From assembly GCA_017392345.1 (NCBI GenBank), contig JAFOVN010000047.1, positions 1 through 38,406 of the forward strand: a stretch of 38,406 nt of DNA. The letters run 5' to 3'. The DNA comes from Alphaproteobacteria bacterium. Lineage in GTDB: Bacteria > Pseudomonadota > Alphaproteobacteria > Rs-D84. The translations under genes were made by a program, and so were the position numbers. Below the pieces are notes generated by a model that was given only the letters and a program-made list of their open reading frames with translations, was not told the DNA's origin and did not search any database. Below, one piece after another: positions 34,352-38,406 of the stretch (position 1 is the first letter of the stretch; each line of letters begins with the position of its first letter).

Positions 34352-34762
34352 TTATTTTGCTTCTTTTTTTGTTTCTTTCTTTTTTGCCGTTTCCTTTTTC
34401 GGTGCAACCCCAGATTCCAAAACAATCGTCAAATTTGAAAACGGTTTCAAAATCGGACGTGCACTGCCACGCGGTCCCGGCATAATACGTTTCATGGTCA
34501 ACGCCTTGCCACACCAAATTTCTTTGACGAACAAAGTATCAACCGCCAAGTTCTTGTTATGTTCCGCATTCGCAATCGCAGACATCAAAGTTTTCAACAC
34601 TTCGCCCGCGACACGCTTTTTGGAAAATTTCAACACATCGATGGCGCGTCCCACCGGCAACCCACGAACCATAGCACAGACCAAGTTCAATTTTTGGGTA
34701 CTGATGCGTATCATTTTGTTAAATGCGCGAACCTGATTATCTTTTATTCCATATCTTGCCAT
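34352..34762 (-). CDS. rplV: 50S ribosomal protein L22
   Basis: RISTQKLNLV, SAIANAEHN. Confidence 0.97.
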   Translation of the reverse strand: MARYGIKDNQVRAFNKMIRISTQKLNLVCAMVRGLPVGRAIDVLKFSKKRVAGEVLKTLMSAIANAEHNKNLAVDTLFVKEIWCGKALTMKRIMPGPRGSARPILKPFSNLTIVLESGVAPKKETAKKKETKKEAK

Positions 34763-34775
34763 AATCTAACACCTT

Positions 34776-35066
34776 TTATTTTTTTGCTGCTGCGGCCGCG
34801 GCTTTTTTATTTGCGGCATGCCCTTTAAATGTACGTGTCGGCGCAAATTCACCAAGTTTATGTCCAACCATATCTTCGACAATAGACACCGGAATAAACT
34901 TGTTACCATTGTGAACTTCAAAGGTCAAACCAACCATCGGCGGAACAATCGTACTGCCACGAGACCAAGTTTTAATTGGTTTGTGATCATTTTTTTCATT
35001 CGCCACCGCCACCTTTTTCAAGATAGACGGATGAACATATGGACCTTTCCAAACTGAACGAGACAT
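34776..35066 (-). CDS. rpsS: 30S ribosomal protein S19
   Basis: [22 protein letters not shown]. Confidence 0.99.
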   Translation of the reverse strand: MSRSVWKGPYVHPSILKKVAVANEKNDHKPIKTWSRGSTIVPPMVGLTFEVHNGNKFIPVSIVEDMVGHKLGEFAPTRTFKGHAANKKAAAAAAKK

Positions 35067-35090
35067 TTATCTAACTCCGTTTTTTATAGT

Positions 35091-35924
35091 TTATTTCTTC
35101 TTTGCCAAATGTCTGCTACGAATAATCATTTTGGCCGTACGTTTATTTCTGCGTGTGCGATAGCCCTTGGCCGGGATACCGGTGCGCGATACCGGTTCAT
35201 GTCCCTTGGAATGACCGTTACCACCACCCATCGGATGATCGACCGGGTTTTGTGCCATACCACGCGTTGACGGACGAATACCCAACCAACGTGCACGCCC
35301 CGCCTTGCCCAAATTGACATTACGTTGATCCTGGTTAGAAACCGTTCCAACCGTCGCACGACAATCAGAATGAACCTTGCGCAACTCACCACTGTTCATT
35401 TTAATCTGGGCATAAACACCATCTTTACCCATCAATTGGGCATAGCAACCCGCGCTGCGCGCCAACTGACCGCCCGCGCCCGGTTTCAATTCGACATTAT
35501 GCACAATCGTTCCAATCGGCATATTTTTAAGTGGCATCGCATTACCCGGTTTAATATCTTCACGCGTTCCAGAAATAACAACATCACCCGCCTTTAGGTC
35601 ACGCGGCGCCAAAATATACGAACGAACGCCATCTTTGTATTCAATCAACGCAATAAACGCGGTGCGATTTGGATCGTATTCCAAACGAACAACCGTCGCC
35701 GGCATATCCAATTTTTTGCGTTTGAAATCAATCAAACGATATTTGCGTTTATGCCCCCCACCTTGGTGCGGAACCGTCACATGTCCAAAATTATTACGCC
35801 CACCCTTGGATTTCAATCCAACGGTCAGGGATTTTTCCGGTGCACCACGGTGCAATTCACTGTGGTCAATCAAAACCAAACCACGTGTTCCTGCGGTTAT
35901 CGGTTTATAGTTTTTTAATGCCAT
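35091..35924 (-). CDS. rplB: 50S ribosomal protein L2
   Basis: [23 protein letters not shown]. Confidence 0.99.
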   Translation of the reverse strand: MALKNYKPITAGTRGLVLIDHSELHRGAPEKSLTVGLKSKGGRNNFGHVTVPHQGGGHKRKYRLIDFKRKKLDMPATVVRLEYDPNRTAFIALIEYKDGVRSYILAPRDLKAGDVVISGTREDIKPGNAMPLKNMPIGTIVHNVELKPGAGGQLARSAGCYAQLMGKDGVYAQIKMNSGELRKVHSDCRATVGTVSNQDQRNVNLGKAGRARWLGIRPSTRGMAQNPVDHPMGGGNGHSKGHEPVSRTGIPAKGYRTRRNKRTAKMIIRSRHLAKKK

Positions 35925-35991
35925 TTTACTATCCTTTTATCACCCCAACATTAACGTCCAATTTCCGGATTATCTGCCGGGGATATTACTT

Positions 35992-36324
35992 TTATGCGTT
36001 TGTGGTTAAATCTAATTTCGCATCCGCCGGCAAAGACACATACGCCTTTTTAACCGTGCGCTGTGTTCCCGTGCCACGACCGCGGAAATGTTTAACCTTG
36101 CCCTTGGCAACGACAATGTTCACCTTACTTGGTTTCACATTGTAAATTGCCTGAATTGCACGTGCTACATCTTCTTTGGTTGCACGCACATCAACTTCAA
36201 AGGCAATTGCATTGCCTTCGGACAACTGAACCGCCTTTTCCGAAACAATCGGACGACGAAGTATATCATAAACACCGGCTGTCACAACGGACTTTTTTTC
36301 TGCCTGAACTTTTTTTTCTGCCAT
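35992..36324 (-). CDS. rplW: 50S ribosomal protein L23
   Basis: PIVSEKA, KGKVKHF, KKAYVSL; ATG 36324 after GAGG. Confidence 0.96.
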   Translation of the reverse strand: MAEKKVQAEKKSVVTAGVYDILRRPIVSEKAVQLSEGNAIAFEVDVRATKEDVARAIQAIYNVKPSKVNIVVAKGKVKHFRGRGTGTQRTVKKAYVSLPADAKLDLTTNA

Positions 36325-36356
36325 ATCTATAACCTCTTTTGTCAAACCGATTGCCA

Positions 36357-36980
36357 TTATGCCCCAAGGCGTTTTTCTATCGCTTTGACCGCATCCGCCG
36401 TCAAAACCAATTTATCATGTTTCAAAATATCCAACACATTCAACCCAACGGTCGGCAAAACATCAACATTGTTGATATTCGCCGCGGATTTTTTGAAATT
36501 TTCATCCAACGCATCCGCACCAACGAACAAAGCCGAAGAAATTTCCAACTTTTTCAATTGTTTCGCGAACGCCGCCGTTTTCACCGCCGACAATTTTTCA
36601 GAATCGACGATAACCAACGCATTATCTTTCACCTTGGACGACAACGCCATTTTCAATCCCAAGCTACGGATCTTTTTCGGCAAATCAATGCTGTGGTCAC
36701 GAACAACCGGTCCATGAACCACACCACCGCCACGCATATGAACATTATAACGTTCACCTTGACGTGCGTTTCCGGTTTTCTTTTGCTTAAACGCCTTTTT
36801 ACCACTGCCCGCGACATCAGAAACGGTTTTTACCGCATGCGTACCCGCGCGCGCCTTAGCCCGTTGCCATGTCACAACACGATGCAACACATCCGCACGT
36901 GCATCCAAACCAAAAATAGAATCTTGCAATTCAATCTTGCCGACCGTCTTGCCATCAAAATTTATAACATTTGCTTGCAT
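36357..36980 (-). CDS. rplD: 50S ribosomal protein L4
   Basis: RAGTHAVKT, RGGGVVHGP, LPKKIR. Confidence 0.98.
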   Translation of the reverse strand: MQANVINFDGKTVGKIELQDSIFGLDARADVLHRVVTWQRAKARAGTHAVKTVSDVAGSGKKAFKQKKTGNARQGERYNVHMRGGGVVHGPVVRDHSIDLPKKIRSLGLKMALSSKVKDNALVIVDSEKLSAVKTAAFAKQLKKLEISSALFVGADALDENFKKSAANINNVDVLPTVGLNVLDILKHDKLVLTADAVKAIEKRLGA

Positions 36981-36995
36981 CTTTGTTCACCTCTA

Positions 36996-37727
36996 TTACT
37001 CTGCAACAGATTCTGATTTGGTTTCTTCCGCTTTGGATTCTTCCGCCGCGGCCGCCTTTACTTCACATGTCGGAATTGGCAAATCTTTCTGTTCTTTTTT
37101 AATTGCGTCTGTGACCAAAACAAACGTTCCATTTGCACCCGGCACCGCGCCTTCGACAAAGATTAAATTATCCGCGTCATCCGTGCCAAAAACTTTCAAA
37201 TTCTGAACTGTAACGGTTTCATTACCCATCTGACCAGACATCTTTTTACCCGGCAAAACACGACCTGGCCATTCACGCATACCCGTACCCCCCAGTGATC
37301 GATGCGCCTTTAACACACCATGGGTTGCTTCCTTACCACCAAAGTTATGACGTTTCATCGCGCCTTGGAAACCTTTACCCTTGCTTGTCGCCTGAACATC
37401 AACAAATTGCCCTGCCACAAAGTGAGATGCAATCATGTTTGTTCCAACCGGAATCACACAATCATCCGTGCAACGAAATTCCACAATTTTGTGATACGGT
37501 TTCACACCGGCCTTTTCGGCAGCCACCGCCTGAGGTTTCGCGACATGTTTCGCCTTGGCCTCACGCATACCTAAAACATTTGCGACATAACCATTTTTTT
37601 CGACCGTCCGATTACCAATAACCGTGCAATCCCCAACTGACAAAACCGTCACCGCATGCGCAACGCCCGCATCATCATACAGACGCGTCATACCCATTTT
37701 TGTTGTAATCAACCCACTACGTTTCAT
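36996..37727 (-). CDS. rplC: 50S ribosomal protein L3
   Basis: KMGMT, SKGKGFQGAMKRHNF, GAVPG. Confidence 0.98.
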   Translation of the reverse strand: MKRSGLITTKMGMTRLYDDAGVAHAVTVLSVGDCTVIGNRTVEKNGYVANVLGMREAKAKHVAKPQAVAAEKAGVKPYHKIVEFRCTDDCVIPVGTNMIASHFVAGQFVDVQATSKGKGFQGAMKRHNFGGKEATHGVLKAHRSLGGTGMREWPGRVLPGKKMSGQMGNETVTVQNLKVFGTDDADNLIFVEGAVPGANGTFVLVTDAIKKEQKDLPIPTCEVKAAAAEESKAEETKSESVAE

Positions 37728-37802
37728 TTTTTTGCCTTTTTTTCTGCCAGAGGTTAGAACATTGTTTTAAAAAGTCAACAAATATCTAACGCTAACAACC
37801 CT

Positions 37803-38114
37803 TTATAATTTAATTTTCACATCAACGCCCGATGCCAAATCCAACTTCATCAGTGCATCAACTGTCTGAGGGGTTGGATTAACAATATCGACAACCGCCT
37901 TGTGATTGCGGATTTCGAATTGTTCACGCGATTTTTTATCAACGTGCGGCGAACGATTAACCGTGAATTTTTGAACCAATGTCGGCAAGCGAACAGGTCC
38001 AACGACATCTGCGCCCGTGCGCTTTGCAGTTTTGACAATCTCGTCCACTGATTCCACTAAAACTCTATGGTCAAAAGCCGTCAATTTGATGCGAATCTTT
38101 GATGCTGGTACCAT
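37803..38114 (-). CDS. rpsJ: 30S ribosomal protein S10
   Basis: [24 protein letters not shown]. Confidence 0.98.
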   Translation of the reverse strand: MVPASKIRIKLTAFDHRVLVESVDEIVKTAKRTGADVVGPVRLPTLVQKFTVNRSPHVDKKSREQFEIRNHKAVVDIVNPTPQTVDALMKLDLASGVDVKIKL

Positions 38115-38194
38115 TTTGCTTGTTTCCCTTATTTTATCTATTTCTGTCGTTGGTCGCCCGGGATATTTCCACGGGCGACCAAACAACATCGTTA

Positions 38195-38406
38195 TTATTT
38201 AATAATCTTTGACACAACACCTGCGCCAACGGTACGACCACCTTCGCGGATAGCGAAACGGCGACCTTCGTCCATTGCAATAGGTGCAATCAAAGCAACC
38301 GTGATACGAACGTTATCACCCGGCAAAACCATTTCTTTATCGGCCGGCAAAGTGATTGTTCCGGTTACGTCGGTTGTGCTAAAGAAGAACTGCGGGCGAT
38401 AGTTGC
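38195..38406 (-). CDS. tuf: Elongation factor Tu, C-terminal part (truncated by window edge)
   Basis: Manual translation ...[14 protein letters not shown]...[21 protein letters not shown]. Confidence 0.98.
   Translation of the reverse strand, partial: NYRPQFFFSTTDVTGTITLPADKEMVLPGDNVRITVALIAPIAMDEGRRFAIREGGRTVGAGVVSKIIK

Noticed and set aside
38150-38183. Hairpin between tuf and rpsJ as a novel RNA
   Set aside because: Single stem (ttggtcgcccg/cgggcgaccaa), adequately explained as a stabiliser or partial terminator after tuf.
25506-38406. Alternative genetic code or frameshifted r-protein genes
   Set aside because: All conserved genes translate full length in the standard bacterial code.

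Overview
Bacterial chromosomal window, alphaproteobacterial by inference (RpoA begins [13 protein letters not shown]14 is the long form, no rpsD in the alpha cluster). It resembles divergent uncultured host-associated lineages such as Rs-D84/'Ca. Enterousia', but this is unverified. The right third (25.5-38.4 kb, minus strand) is the tuf-S10-spc-secY-rpsM-rpsK cluster. rpoA-rplQ is detached from it, inverted, and has its own promoter. The left end carries a GNAT, an EamA transporter, tRNA-Gln(CTG) with downstream copies of its 3' end, an exported Ntn hydrolase and a DUF1015 gene. The most unusual part is 7-25 kb. It holds five exported Cys-rich proteins sharing motifs I cannot assign to a named family: a C-x6-C-x4-6-CG-x2-F-x2-C repeat, a [FW]D..C..V / G-x2-F-x-C-x2-D-x-FG module, and glycine-zipper hydrophobic segments. 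Nearby are an ankyrin + apparently inactive subtilase + beta-barrel protein, a promoter-and-terminator-bounded ~177-nt structured RNA candidate, and many REP-like palindromes. All calls were made by eye; no searches were run.
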